A stretch of 59,455 nucleotides of DNA from Myxococcales bacterium (lineage in GTDB: Bacteria > Myxococcota_A > Polyangia > Polyangiales > Polyangiaceae): assembly GCA_043747615.1 (NCBI GenBank), contig JAYTOU010000036.1, positions 1-59,455 on the forward strand. Reading direction: 5' to 3'. The position numbers and the translations under genes were made by a program. Below are positions 19,236 to 27,543 of this stretch, one piece after another; positions within the stretch are counted from its first letter, which is position 1; the number at the start of each line of letters is the position of its first letter. Under the pieces are notes generated by a model. It was given only the letters and a program-made list of their open reading frames with translations, did no database searches and had not been told where the DNA came from.

Positions 19236-21749
19236 TCAATCGCCGCCGAACTGCGTCCATTCGAGGCGTGCCATCGGGACATCGCCCTTCATGATCACCA
19301 CGGGCGCGAGCGCGCGGGCGACGTCACGAACTTGAACGGGGAGGCCCTCGATGGTTAGAGGCGAAGCCGCCTGGCTGAATCCTACGAGGTTGAGGGCCTT
19401 CTCGAAGAGAGACGTCTCCACCGCAGGCACCTCCAAGGTCGGCGCGTCGTAAGGGAGCCCACCGGCCGCGCGCGCTTCAGCGAGTGCCTCGCGAAGCCCG
19501 CCAAGCTTGTCGACGAGATGGCGATCGAACGCCTCTTGTCCGGTCCAGACCCGCCCCTGAGCGACGGCGTCGACCTGGGCCTTGGTCATGTGTCGTCCGG
19601 TGGAAACGCGATCGAGAAAGACGTCGTAAAATTGCTCGATCTTGATCTTCAAGGCGACGCGCTCTTCGGGAGTGAAGGGGCGGAAGAAGGACTCTTCGTC
19701 CGCTTGGGGCGTCGTCTTGTACGTCTCGATGTTCACGCCGATTTTCTTGAGCAACTCGCTCGCGTCGGCCTTGCCGTAGAAGATTCCGATCGAGCCCGTG
19801 ATGGTGAGTGGGAGCGCATAGATCGTCCGGCCGGGGCTCGCCACGTAGTACCCGCCACTTGCTGCGGTGGAGCCCATGGACACGATGACCGGCTTGTCTC
19901 TCGCGAGGAGGGCTATCTCGCGCCACATGACGTCCGCGCCCATCGACGAGCCGCCGGGGCTCTCGATCCGGACGACCACGCTCTTCACGCTGGGGTCTTC
20001 GCGCAGCTGCTTTGCCGACTCGGCGATGGTGTACGAGCCGCACAGGTGCATGTCGATGAGCGGGATGTGCTGCGACCGACCGTCCACCATGTCTCCCTCG
20101 ATGAGGAGCAAGCCCACCTTCGAGCGCGGGCCGAAGGTGTCGGGCGCCTTCGTTTCTTCCTCGTATTTTTGGTAGGAAACGGGCCGGCCGACGACCTCGC
20201 GCGTGACCCGTTCGAGCTCGTCGTCGAACGCGTATCCATCCACGAAACCAGCCTGACGGGCCTCGGCGGCGACGAACGGCCCTTTCAACGTCTCGGCGCG
20301 CACGCGGGCCTCGCTCATCTTGCGACCGACGGCGAGGTTCTTTACGAACACCGCCTCGAGCTCTCGCAAGAGGTCCTCGTGGTCTGCGCGCGACGTCTCG
20401 CTGGCCTGCTCGTTGGTCACCATCTCGGGAGCGGCCTTGTGGTCGCTGATCCGGATCACGTCGGCCTTGATGCCGAGCTTCGAGAGCAAACCTGCAAAGT
20501 ACATGTATTGATTCTTGAGGCCGGCGTAGCGCAGCCCACCTGCGGGATTGATGACCGTGCGATCGGCGTTCGCGCAAACGTAGAGCGCCTTCTGGCCAGC
20601 GTCTTCCCAGCTGCAAAGCACCTTCTTGCCGCGTGACCGCAGGACTCGGATCGCGTCCGAGAGCTCCTCGGCGTGGGCAAACGAGCTCGCCGGCTCGGCG
20701 CGGAGAACGAGGGTGACGGCGGCGATTTCCCGGGTGTCGGCGAGCGTCCAGAGCTTGCGGAGGAGAGCCATGTGAGCGCGGGGGCCGGGCGTGCTCTCCA
20801 TGCGTATAAAGACCGCGCGATCTCCATGAGGGACGCCGGGCAGGCTGTAGGCGGAGATGGATGCCGTTCCGTATTCGCCGAGCGACTTGCTGTTGCCGAG
20901 GCCCGATCCAAAGAGGAGCCCGCCCCCGACGCTCACGTTTCCGAAGGCGATTTCGAGCCCCGCCGTACCCACCACGCCACGTCGTTCCTCGTTCGGGAGG
21001 TGCGCGATTTCCACGTCTCCGCGCGCGCGCCCGACGCCGGGAATGTCGATGCCCAACGACGCCCGCGGGATCCACTGCTCGGATCCCTGGAGGTAACGAA
21101 GATCGAGGCCGAGCTCGAGACCCCGCCTGCCCGTCGGGCGAAGTGCGGTCGAAAGAACATAGCTCTGATCGAGCACCGGCAAACGGTTGGGCGGCAAGAG
21201 CTGCGTGCTCGGGCCGTTGAAGTCGTGGGCGATGACCGCGAATGCGAAATGGGTGTTCGGCCGGTAGGTGATCGCCGCCGTCATTCCGAAGAGCGCGTTC
21301 GTGTAGTGGTTCCTCGAATACGACCGTTGGAGGCTGACGCCGAACGCCAGGCTGTCGGAAATCTTGAGGCCGAGGCCCCAGGTGATCCACGTGTAGTCGT
21401 AGCCGCTGAAGGGAAATCCGACGGTGTAGGGTGGCTGAACGAAGTCCACTCGCAAACCGGTGCCCAGCCCGAAAAGAAGCGGCGTCGCCAGACCGAACGC
21501 GTGACCGCACCCAACACGTCCCGGTGCATCGTGGCATCCGACGCCCGTCCAGCGGAGCTCGGGCGCCGGCAAGTAGCCGAGGTTCGCGGGGTTGAGCGAC
21601 AAGGCCTCCACCGTGTCTTCGCTCGCCGCAACGCGACCCGGTGACGCGATCCCTTCGGCGCGCGCCGGAAGCGGTCCGCTCGCTCGCGCCGCATCGCTCG
21701 TCCACAAGCCGCCTACGATTCCCAACGACAAAACAAGGGCTCTTCGCAT
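19236..21749 (-). CDS. sppA: Signal peptide peptidase SppA (S49) with N-terminal beta-barrel-like domain
   Basis: ESPGGS, SMGSTAASGGYY, TGSIGI, QGRVWTG, LVDKLGG; duplicated S49 halves; signal peptide and NPANLG motif at the N-terminus. Confidence 0.9.
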   Translation of the reverse strand: MRRALVLSLGIVGGLWTSDAARASGPLPARAEGIASPGRVAASEDTVEALSLNPANLGYLPAPELRWTGVGCHDAPGRVGCGHAFGLATPLLFGLGTGLRVDFVQPPYTVGFPFSGYDYTWITWGLGLKISDSLAFGVSLQRSYSRNHYTNALFGMTAAITYRPNTHFAFAVIAHDFNGPSTQLLPPNRLPVLDQSYVLSTALRPTGRRGLELGLDLRYLQGSEQWIPRASLGIDIPGVGRARGDVEIAHLPNEERRGVVGTAGLEIAFGNVSVGGGLLFGSGLGNSKSLGEYGTASISAYSLPGVPHGDRAVFIRMESTPGPRAHMALLRKLWTLADTREIAAVTLVLRAEPASSFAHAEELSDAIRVLRSRGKKVLCSWEDAGQKALYVCANADRTVINPAGGLRYAGLKNQYMYFAGLLSKLGIKADVIRISDHKAAPEMVTNEQASETSRADHEDLLRELEAVFVKNLAVGRKMSEARVRAETLKGPFVAAEARQAGFVDGYAFDDELERVTREVVGRPVSYQKYEEETKAPDTFGPRSKVGLLLIEGDMVDGRSQHIPLIDMHLCGSYTIAESAKQLREDPSVKSVVVRIESPGGSSMGADVMWREIALLARDKPVIVSMGSTAASGGYYVASPGRTIYALPLTITGSIGIFYGKADASELLKKIGVNIETYKTTPQADEESFFRPFTPEERVALKIKIEQFYDVFLDRVSTGRHMTKAQVDAVAQGRVWTGQEAFDRHLVDKLGGLREALAEARAAGGLPYDAPTLEVPAVETSLFEKALNLVGFSQAASPLTIEGLPVQVRDVARALAPVVIMKGDVPMARLEWTQFGGD

Positions 21750-21769
21750 CTCAGGTCTCAGGTCAGGTC

Positions 21770-22279
21770 TCAGGCAAGGGTGGCGAGATCGCGGAGGACG
21801 TCGGCCTCCGCATCGAACGTCTTCTTGATCTCGTTGACGATCATTCGCTCGCCGAGCTGTTTCATCCCAAGTGGAACGCGGAGCTCGAGATCGCCGGAGA
21901 CGACCCGCCTGGTCGTCCCGTCGTTTTCGGATCGGAGCTGGTACGTCCCGGACCCCACGAAGTATTTCCGCCACTCCGGCTTCACGTTCGGCACGATTGA
22001 CCAGTTCGAGGAATGCGTCTTGATCCGGTAGGTCGAGCGCTCGTGCCACGCGCACATTTCTCGAGTCACGTAGCTCTTCGCGAACGCTGGGATCTTCACG
22101 TTGGCCTGATAGCTCCACACACGCTCGAGCACGCCGTCCACCAGCACATGCTCTTTCTGGCTCACGTGCTCGATGTTCGGAAGGCGGCTTCCCAACTTCT
22201 CGATCAGGTTGGGCGAGAGCACGGCAAGCTCGAGGGCATCCAGCGGAATCTCGAACTCATGGGAGATCTCGAAGTGCAT
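21770..22279 (-). CDS. DUF2505-like (START/SRPBCC-fold) protein
   Basis: MHFEISHEF start; T.R...GDLELRVP.G...E..I C-terminal pattern. Confidence 0.7.
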   Translation of the reverse strand: MHFEISHEFEIPLDALELAVLSPNLIEKLGSRLPNIEHVSQKEHVLVDGVLERVWSYQANVKIPAFAKSYVTREMCAWHERSTYRIKTHSSNWSIVPNVKPEWRKYFVGSGTYQLRSENDGTTRRVVSGDLELRVPLGMKQLGERMIVNEIKKTFDAEADVLRDLATLA

Positions 22280-22329
22280 CGCGGCCGTGCGAGGCTAACA
22301 CGGCGCGACGACTGCGAGCAGCGATGACT

Positions 22330-24585
22330 CTAGCGCGGCGTGGGCCTCGAACAGAAGCCGCCGATGCACGTGAATCCGGTGCTGGTGCCGCAGCAATCTG
22401 CGGTGACCGTGCATTTTTCAAACTCTTGCGCGCACGATGGCTGCTCCGCCGTGCAGACCAGGCCACCGCCATCTGCCGCCGGTCGGCAGAAGCCACCGCA
22501 GCACTCGTCGCCCGTCTCGCAGGTGATGCCGTCCGTCTTGCAGGGATCGACCACCCAGTAGCCGCGCGAGTTGGCGGCCAAGATTTCCTGCGCAGGAAGG
22601 TAAAAGGCGGGATGGCTCGGATCGGTGCCCGTCGGAGCGTGGAGATCGATTGCCGCAACCCACAATTTTTTCGGGGTGGGGGTCTGGGTCAGATCGGTGT
22701 AGCGGGGATCGCTGTGCCAGGGGTTGATGGTGGCCACGTTCCCGTAGAGACGACGACTGGTGAAGACGACCCAGGCATATCCGCCGGACGGCACCGGGTT
22801 CACGGTCGGCTCGTAGTTCACGACCGTGTCATTGTCGTGCGCGTTCGGCCCGGTCGGCACGTACCCGAGGCCGTTCAACTTATCGAGACGCACGGCGGTC
22901 TTGGTTGCCGTCTCGAGCCACCAGAGCTCACCCTTCGCTCCGATGTCGCCCGGATCCGTGTCTGCGCGCGTCTCGCCAAGGGCGCGACCGTTCGAGCGCG
23001 TCTCGAGCTCGAAGACGATTCCGTCGTTGGTGGGCAAAAATGAGGGGTAAAGCGCGGCACCGGCACCAGGCGTGTAGAGCTTCGTCACTGCGCCGAACGT
23101 GCCCGGCGCACTGAAGGTCATCATCGCGAGCGACCTCATGTCGCCGCCGCCCGCACCCGCGTACCAATTGAAGGCCACGTTCTTCCCATCCGGTGAGAAG
23201 GCCGGCGTGCCCGCGCGCAAGTCTGCGGGGCTGTTCGAGGCGATGAGCGTGCCGCCCGGAATCGTGTAGAGCACGCTCGGTGTCGCAACCGAAGCGCCCG
23301 AGAGCGGCGCGGCGTTCGAGAACATGAACGTCCCGTCGGGTGACGGCGCCCCCCACGAGAACTGCGCGTTGGCCGGAGCCATCGGAGTCTGCATGCCCGT
23401 CTTCAGGTCGTAGGCGCTCGTCTCTTGATCGCTGTTGTCTCCCCACTGCGTAATCAGCGTGGAGCCGTTCGCCGAGACGGAGTGGCACACGCGGCATTTG
23501 TCCGGCCCTCCGTTAGAGCCAGCGACGAGGACGGGATCGGTCTGGCCTGCGTGAATGGCGAGCGTCGCCCCTCCAAAAAGATGGGGCGTAGGCAGGTTCG
23601 TGGTGAGCTGCTTCGCGAGCGAGGTGCCGTACGAGTTGTAATAGACGGTGCCCTTCAACGACCCGTTGGCGATCTTCCACTTCTCGGTCGCGGGACCGTA
23701 GGCAACGCCGCCAGCCACAAAAACAAGGGTGATCGAAACGTCTTCGCCGGCGTTCGAGAGGGCGAGCTGCTTCCAGACGTCCTGAGGGATCGGGTGGTGC
23801 ATGAACGTCGGCGCGAGCGCGGTCGGCGTCGTCTTGTTGAAGAAGCCTTGGTACTCGAACGCGGCCTCTGTGATGTGGATGTAGACTGCATCATAGCTCG
23901 TGGGCGTTCCGTGTGCGCCTGGCTGCCATTGGAGCAGCGGCGGAAGCACTCCGCGCGGAAACACGGTGCTGTCGTACGGATAGAGAAACGCGAGACCCGC
24001 ATCTGCAGCGGGCGCGCTCAGGAGAACTTGCTTGTCACCTGGGTCGCTCACGGCGCCGCCGAAGCCTTCGCCGCCGACGCCGCCAACACCGCCGAGGCCC
24101 GCACCAGCGTCCACGCCGGGCGGCGAGCCGTTCTGAACGACGATGAGCTTCACAATGACGCTCGTCGAGCCCTTGTTGCCTTTGTAGTTGGCCGACACGA
24201 TGGCTTTTCCACCGACGTTCCCGCCCGGCGTAAAGAGCCCCGTGGAGACGCCAACGGTTCCTATCTCGCCGCGATCGATCGTCCACACCGGCGCGACGGG
24301 TCCGCCGTTCAGTGTCGCCGCGAACGTCAAGGTGGGGACCGCCATCCCGCTGGTGACGATCAACGTTTGATCGGCCGGAGTGATGACGAGCGCGCCCGTC
24401 GGGGCATCGCTGGCCTGGCCATCGCCGAAGGAAGGATCGCCGTCGGTCTGGCGGCTGGTGGCGTCGTCACCTGCTCCGCCATCGACGCCCGGAAAAACGC
24501 TGCTATCGCTCGAACCGCACGCAGCCCCGAAGAGCGCCACGAAAGCAACGAGGGAAAAGAGCAGACTCCAGCGGACGTGCCTCAT
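22330..24585 (-). CDS. Lipoprotein with TolB/PD40-like propeller and Cys-rich C-terminus
   Basis: Lipobox GAA-C; CRVCH, PSPDG, PAFSPDG, WVVFTSRR; terminal CC repeats. Confidence 0.85.
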   Translation of the reverse strand: MRHVRWSLLFSLVAFVALFGAACGSSDSSVFPGVDGGAGDDATSRQTDGDPSFGDGQASDAPTGALVITPADQTLIVTSGMAVPTLTFAATLNGGPVAPVWTIDRGEIGTVGVSTGLFTPGGNVGGKAIVSANYKGNKGSTSVIVKLIVVQNGSPPGVDAGAGLGGVGGVGGEGFGGAVSDPGDKQVLLSAPAADAGLAFLYPYDSTVFPRGVLPPLLQWQPGAHGTPTSYDAVYIHITEAAFEYQGFFNKTTPTALAPTFMHHPIPQDVWKQLALSNAGEDVSITLVFVAGGVAYGPATEKWKIANGSLKGTVYYNSYGTSLAKQLTTNLPTPHLFGGATLAIHAGQTDPVLVAGSNGGPDKCRVCHSVSANGSTLITQWGDNSDQETSAYDLKTGMQTPMAPANAQFSWGAPSPDGTFMFSNAAPLSGASVATPSVLYTIPGGTLIASNSPADLRAGTPAFSPDGKNVAFNWYAGAGGGDMRSLAMMTFSAPGTFGAVTKLYTPGAGAALYPSFLPTNDGIVFELETRSNGRALGETRADTDPGDIGAKGELWWLETATKTAVRLDKLNGLGYVPTGPNAHDNDTVVNYEPTVNPVPSGGYAWVVFTSRRLYGNVATINPWHSDPRYTDLTQTPTPKKLWVAAIDLHAPTGTDPSHPAFYLPAQEILAANSRGYWVVDPCKTDGITCETGDECCGGFCRPAADGGGLVCTAEQPSCAQEFEKCTVTADCCGTSTGFTCIGGFCSRPTPR

Positions 24586-24606
24586 GACAAGAATTTAGCA
24601 TTTCAC

Positions 24607-25686
24607 TCAGTCGTCGGCAGGATTTGCGAGCTTTCGCGAGAAGACGATCGCGTCTTTCCGCACGCCGCCAACCACCATGTGGTTTCGCAGGAGACCCGTG
24701 CGACGGAAGCCGTTGAAGACGTAGGCGGTGGCGAGGGCAACGTCGTCGCTCGGAACGAGACCGAAGCAGCTGACGATGTTTTGGCAGATGAGGCGCTCGC
24801 AAAGTGCACCAAGCGCTGCCGCGGTTCCGAGCCGTTCGACTTCCGTTTTCGGCGCCGTGAGCAGCTCGAGGTAAGCGTTTCCGAAGCACTCCTGCGACTC
24901 GGTCGACGCGATGAGCTCGAAGCCGCCGCGCGCGGTTATCGAAAAATAGCTTCGGACGACGTCGCGACCAAACGGCTCGAACGCGGTGAGCGCCCTCCCC
25001 GACTTGAGGGCGGCGGCGACCGGCTTCTTGACGTCGGCTTCCTTCAGTACGCTGACCTTGGCCGTGGGAATTGCCGACTTCGCTGGCTGCCCCCGCTTCA
25101 CCGACGCGCTCAATGGCCGCGCTGGCCTGGAAGCATCCTCGGCGAGCTCTTTCGCCCGTTTTTTGGCCATAACCAGCGTTTTTTCGGCGAAGTCATGGCC
25201 GGTCGTGTCGACCTCCGCCTCTTCCGCCTCTTCCTCCTCGATGGCGGCGGGCAGGAAGCTATCGCGGCCGCCGAGAGGAGCGATGGCGATACGCGTCTCG
25301 CTTTCGAGCGGGATGTTGCGGGGCTCGCCGGTCACGGTGCAGCCAAGCAAGTAGGCGTCGCTGCGTTTGTAAAAGCCGGGGACGGCTCCTTCTTTGGTGA
25401 AGCCGAGCTTCGTCCACGTCGAGACCTCGTCGCGCTCGACGAGCGTGTAGACCTTCTCGACGCCCTCGCGGTGGGCGAACGACAGAACGAAGAGGCGTTT
25501 GGCGCTGGTCGCACCTGCGCGGAAATCGACGACCCGCATCGTCTTTGCGCGCCGATGAACCAGCAGGCAGAGCGACACCGCCTGGTTCGTAAAGAAGAGC
25601 TCCTCTACCGCAGGAACGTTCGCGCCGCGCGTGGCCGGCGTTACGGAACGGCCGCCTTTCTCAACTCCCCATGCTTTAGCTACCAT
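24607..25686 (-). CDS. Tandem GNAT-like protein resembling beta-lysine N-acetyltransferase (AblB/YodP)
   Basis: KVYTLV...LGFTKEGAVPGFY and GFRRTGLLRNH..VGG...DAIVFSRKL GNAT motif-B-like segments. Confidence 0.6.
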   Translation of the reverse strand: MVAKAWGVEKGGRSVTPATRGANVPAVEELFFTNQAVSLCLLVHRRAKTMRVVDFRAGATSAKRLFVLSFAHREGVEKVYTLVERDEVSTWTKLGFTKEGAVPGFYKRSDAYLLGCTVTGEPRNIPLESETRIAIAPLGGRDSFLPAAIEEEEAEEAEVDTTGHDFAEKTLVMAKKRAKELAEDASRPARPLSASVKRGQPAKSAIPTAKVSVLKEADVKKPVAAALKSGRALTAFEPFGRDVVRSYFSITARGGFELIASTESQECFGNAYLELLTAPKTEVERLGTAAALGALCERLICQNIVSCFGLVPSDDVALATAYVFNGFRRTGLLRNHMVVGGVRKDAIVFSRKLANPADD

Positions 25687-25866
25687 GTGAACCCCCCCAG
25701 GCGTCAGCATCCTATTTCAATAGTGAAAGGCGGATACCATGGCGTAAAACGCGTGGTCAATCGCGAAGTCCTGTCATTCGTTCACCTTTTTGCCTGCGCC
25801 ACTGGCACACGCCGAGCCAGCGACACACGTCGGCACACGATAGCCCCCTGGCGCCCCGGCTCGAGC

Positions 25867-26793
25867 CTACTTTACGAGGCGCGCGAGGTCAGCGGTCGAT
25901 GCTCCGAGACGCTCCAAGACTTCGCGAAAGCGATCTTTATGCACGGAGACGAGCGTGGGCATCCCCCCGGAGAGGCCAAGGAGCGTGAGGAAATTGAGCC
26001 CGCTGTCGAATCCGGCGGCGAGGGAGAGCGTGTCGCGATCGATCAGGAGGGCCATGCCCGCCCGCTCCTGGCCGAGCAAAAGAAGCTGCGTCTTGTCGTA
26101 TTTGCCGTGACGCTCGGACGCGTCGACGAACGCCGTGGTCTTTGCGACCCCCCCGGATAGCTCGATCACTTCGTAATTGACCGCGATCTTGCGGGTTTCT
26201 TCTTCGATGGCTTTGAGCTCTTTTGCCGCCTCGTCGATGGGTCCCCAGAGCGACGCGTCTGCGAGCCCCGTCGCCAGATGGCGCACGATGAGCCCGTAAA
26301 GCGCTGTGTCATTCCGACGCGCGCGAAGGGCTCGGTCGAAGCGAACGCCAACGGTGCTGGGCGTGCCGATTCGTGTATCGATGGCTCGGGCGTCATCGTC
26401 CGCCCCAGGATATGGCTCGATTCCCTCGCGGAGCCATTTTGCGGCGCTGCAAAGCCCGTCGAAGTCCATGTGGCACACGACCGTGTCGACCGGGCCAATG
26501 CGGGCGACGACCTCAGGGGTGATCATCTCGGGACAGGCACCGTGCTCGGCCTTGGTCGCCAAGACGAAGCGTGGATCGGACGCGTAGTCGGCGTGCAGCT
26601 TGTGGTCGTGGTGATCGACCCACCCGACGAGACGGGAGCCAAGCCCATCGATGAACGGACGGGTGATTTTTTCGAAGCCGCCCCCCGACGCTTCGGACGC
26701 AAAAGCAACATCGAGGACGACGACGCGCCCGCGAAGCTCACTCGTCTTGGGAAGCTTTCTTGGGGAGGCGAAGGCCAGCTCTGCACGCAGCAA
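25867..26793 (-). CDS. DHH-family phosphoesterase (permuted motif order)
   Basis: VVVLD, WVDHHDH, then CHMDFDG; start uncertain. Confidence 0.75.
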   Translation of the reverse strand: MLRAELAFASPRKLPKTSELRGRVVVLDVAFASEASGGGFEKITRPFIDGLGSRLVGWVDHHDHKLHADYASDPRFVLATKAEHGACPEMITPEVVARIGPVDTVVCHMDFDGLCSAAKWLREGIEPYPGADDDARAIDTRIGTPSTVGVRFDRALRARRNDTALYGLIVRHLATGLADASLWGPIDEAAKELKAIEEETRKIAVNYEVIELSGGVAKTTAFVDASERHGKYDKTQLLLLGQERAGMALLIDRDTLSLAAGFDSGLNFLTLLGLSGGMPTLVSVHKDRFREVLERLGASTADLARLVK

Positions 26794-26836
26794 GGAACAC
26801 CTTTCGGGGACACACGGAAGCGGAGTAGGACTGCAC

Positions 26837-27487
26837 ATGCTTCCGCTCGTCTTCGATGCCAACGGGCTCATCCCGGTCATCGCCTTGGATCATCTCACAG
26901 GCGAGGTGCGAATGTTTGCTTTCGCATCGGCAGAGGCCGTTTCGGCAACGTTGACGACGAGGCGCGCCACGTTTTTCAGCCGCTCGCGGGCCGAGCTCTG
27001 GGAAAAAGGAAAGACGAGCGGACACACGCTGGACGTAAAACGCGTCTACGTGGACTGCGACACCGACGCGCTCGTCTACGCGGTCGACCCGCAAGGCCCC
27101 ACCTGCCACACCGGCGCGGAGACCTGTTTCTTTCAGGTGCTCGGCGACGACCGCGCGCTCACCCCGGGCGCGACCGGGGCAACCCTGATGTCACGCCTCG
27201 AAGCGCGGCTCGACGCGCGACGCACGAGCACTGCGCAGAAGAGTTACACCAAGAGTCTCTACGAAGCGGGAGCGGAGGCCATCGGCGAGAAGGTCCGCGA
27301 GGAAGCCGACGAGTTCGCGCGCGCCATCGTCGAGGAGAGCAGCGACCGGGCAGCGAGCGAGGCGGCTGACGTCGTATTCCATGTTCTCGTCGGCTTGCGC
27401 GCCAGGGGAATTGGGTGGCGCGACGTGCTGGCGAAGCTCGAAACGCGACTGGCGACGAGCGGTCACGCCGAGAAGGCCTCGCGGTAG
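26837..27487 (+). CDS. hisIE: Bifunctional phosphoribosyl-AMP cyclohydrolase / phosphoribosyl-ATP pyrophosphatase
   Basis: SRSR.ELWEKGKTSGH, DCDTD, TCHTG..TCF, SYT..L, KVREEA.E, EAAD. Confidence 0.95.
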   Translation: MLPLVFDANGLIPVIALDHLTGEVRMFAFASAEAVSATLTTRRATFFSRSRAELWEKGKTSGHTLDVKRVYVDCDTDALVYAVDPQGPTCHTGAETCFFQVLGDDRALTPGATGATLMSRLEARLDARRTSTAQKSYTKSLYEAGAEAIGEKVREEADEFARAIVEESSDRAASEAADVVFHVLVGLRARGIGWRDVLAKLETRLATSGHAEKASR

Positions 27488-27543
27488 GGCGCGCGGTAAC
27501 CTAAAGATGACAAAGAAGCCGTAGGCCATTATCCTCGGAAAAA

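Noticed and set aside
19477..21705. 742-aa alternative-frame ORF inside sppA
   Set aside because: Arg/Pro/Gly-rich off-frame translation with no motifs.
21750..22118. N-terminal extension of SppA in the ORF track
   Set aside because: It overlaps the DUF2505 gene, and a clean signal peptide starts at ATG21749. Similar over-extensions were trimmed for FKBP, DnaJ, HisIE, the HD protein and DHS.
22330..24585. CRVCH as a heme c attachment motif
   Set aside because: A single CxxCH inside a propeller-type lipoprotein with no cytochrome context; insufficient evidence.
23425..26160. 911-aa plus-strand ORF
   Set aside because: It is the antisense shadow of motif-bearing minus-strand genes; long shadow ORFs are expected in high-GC DNA.
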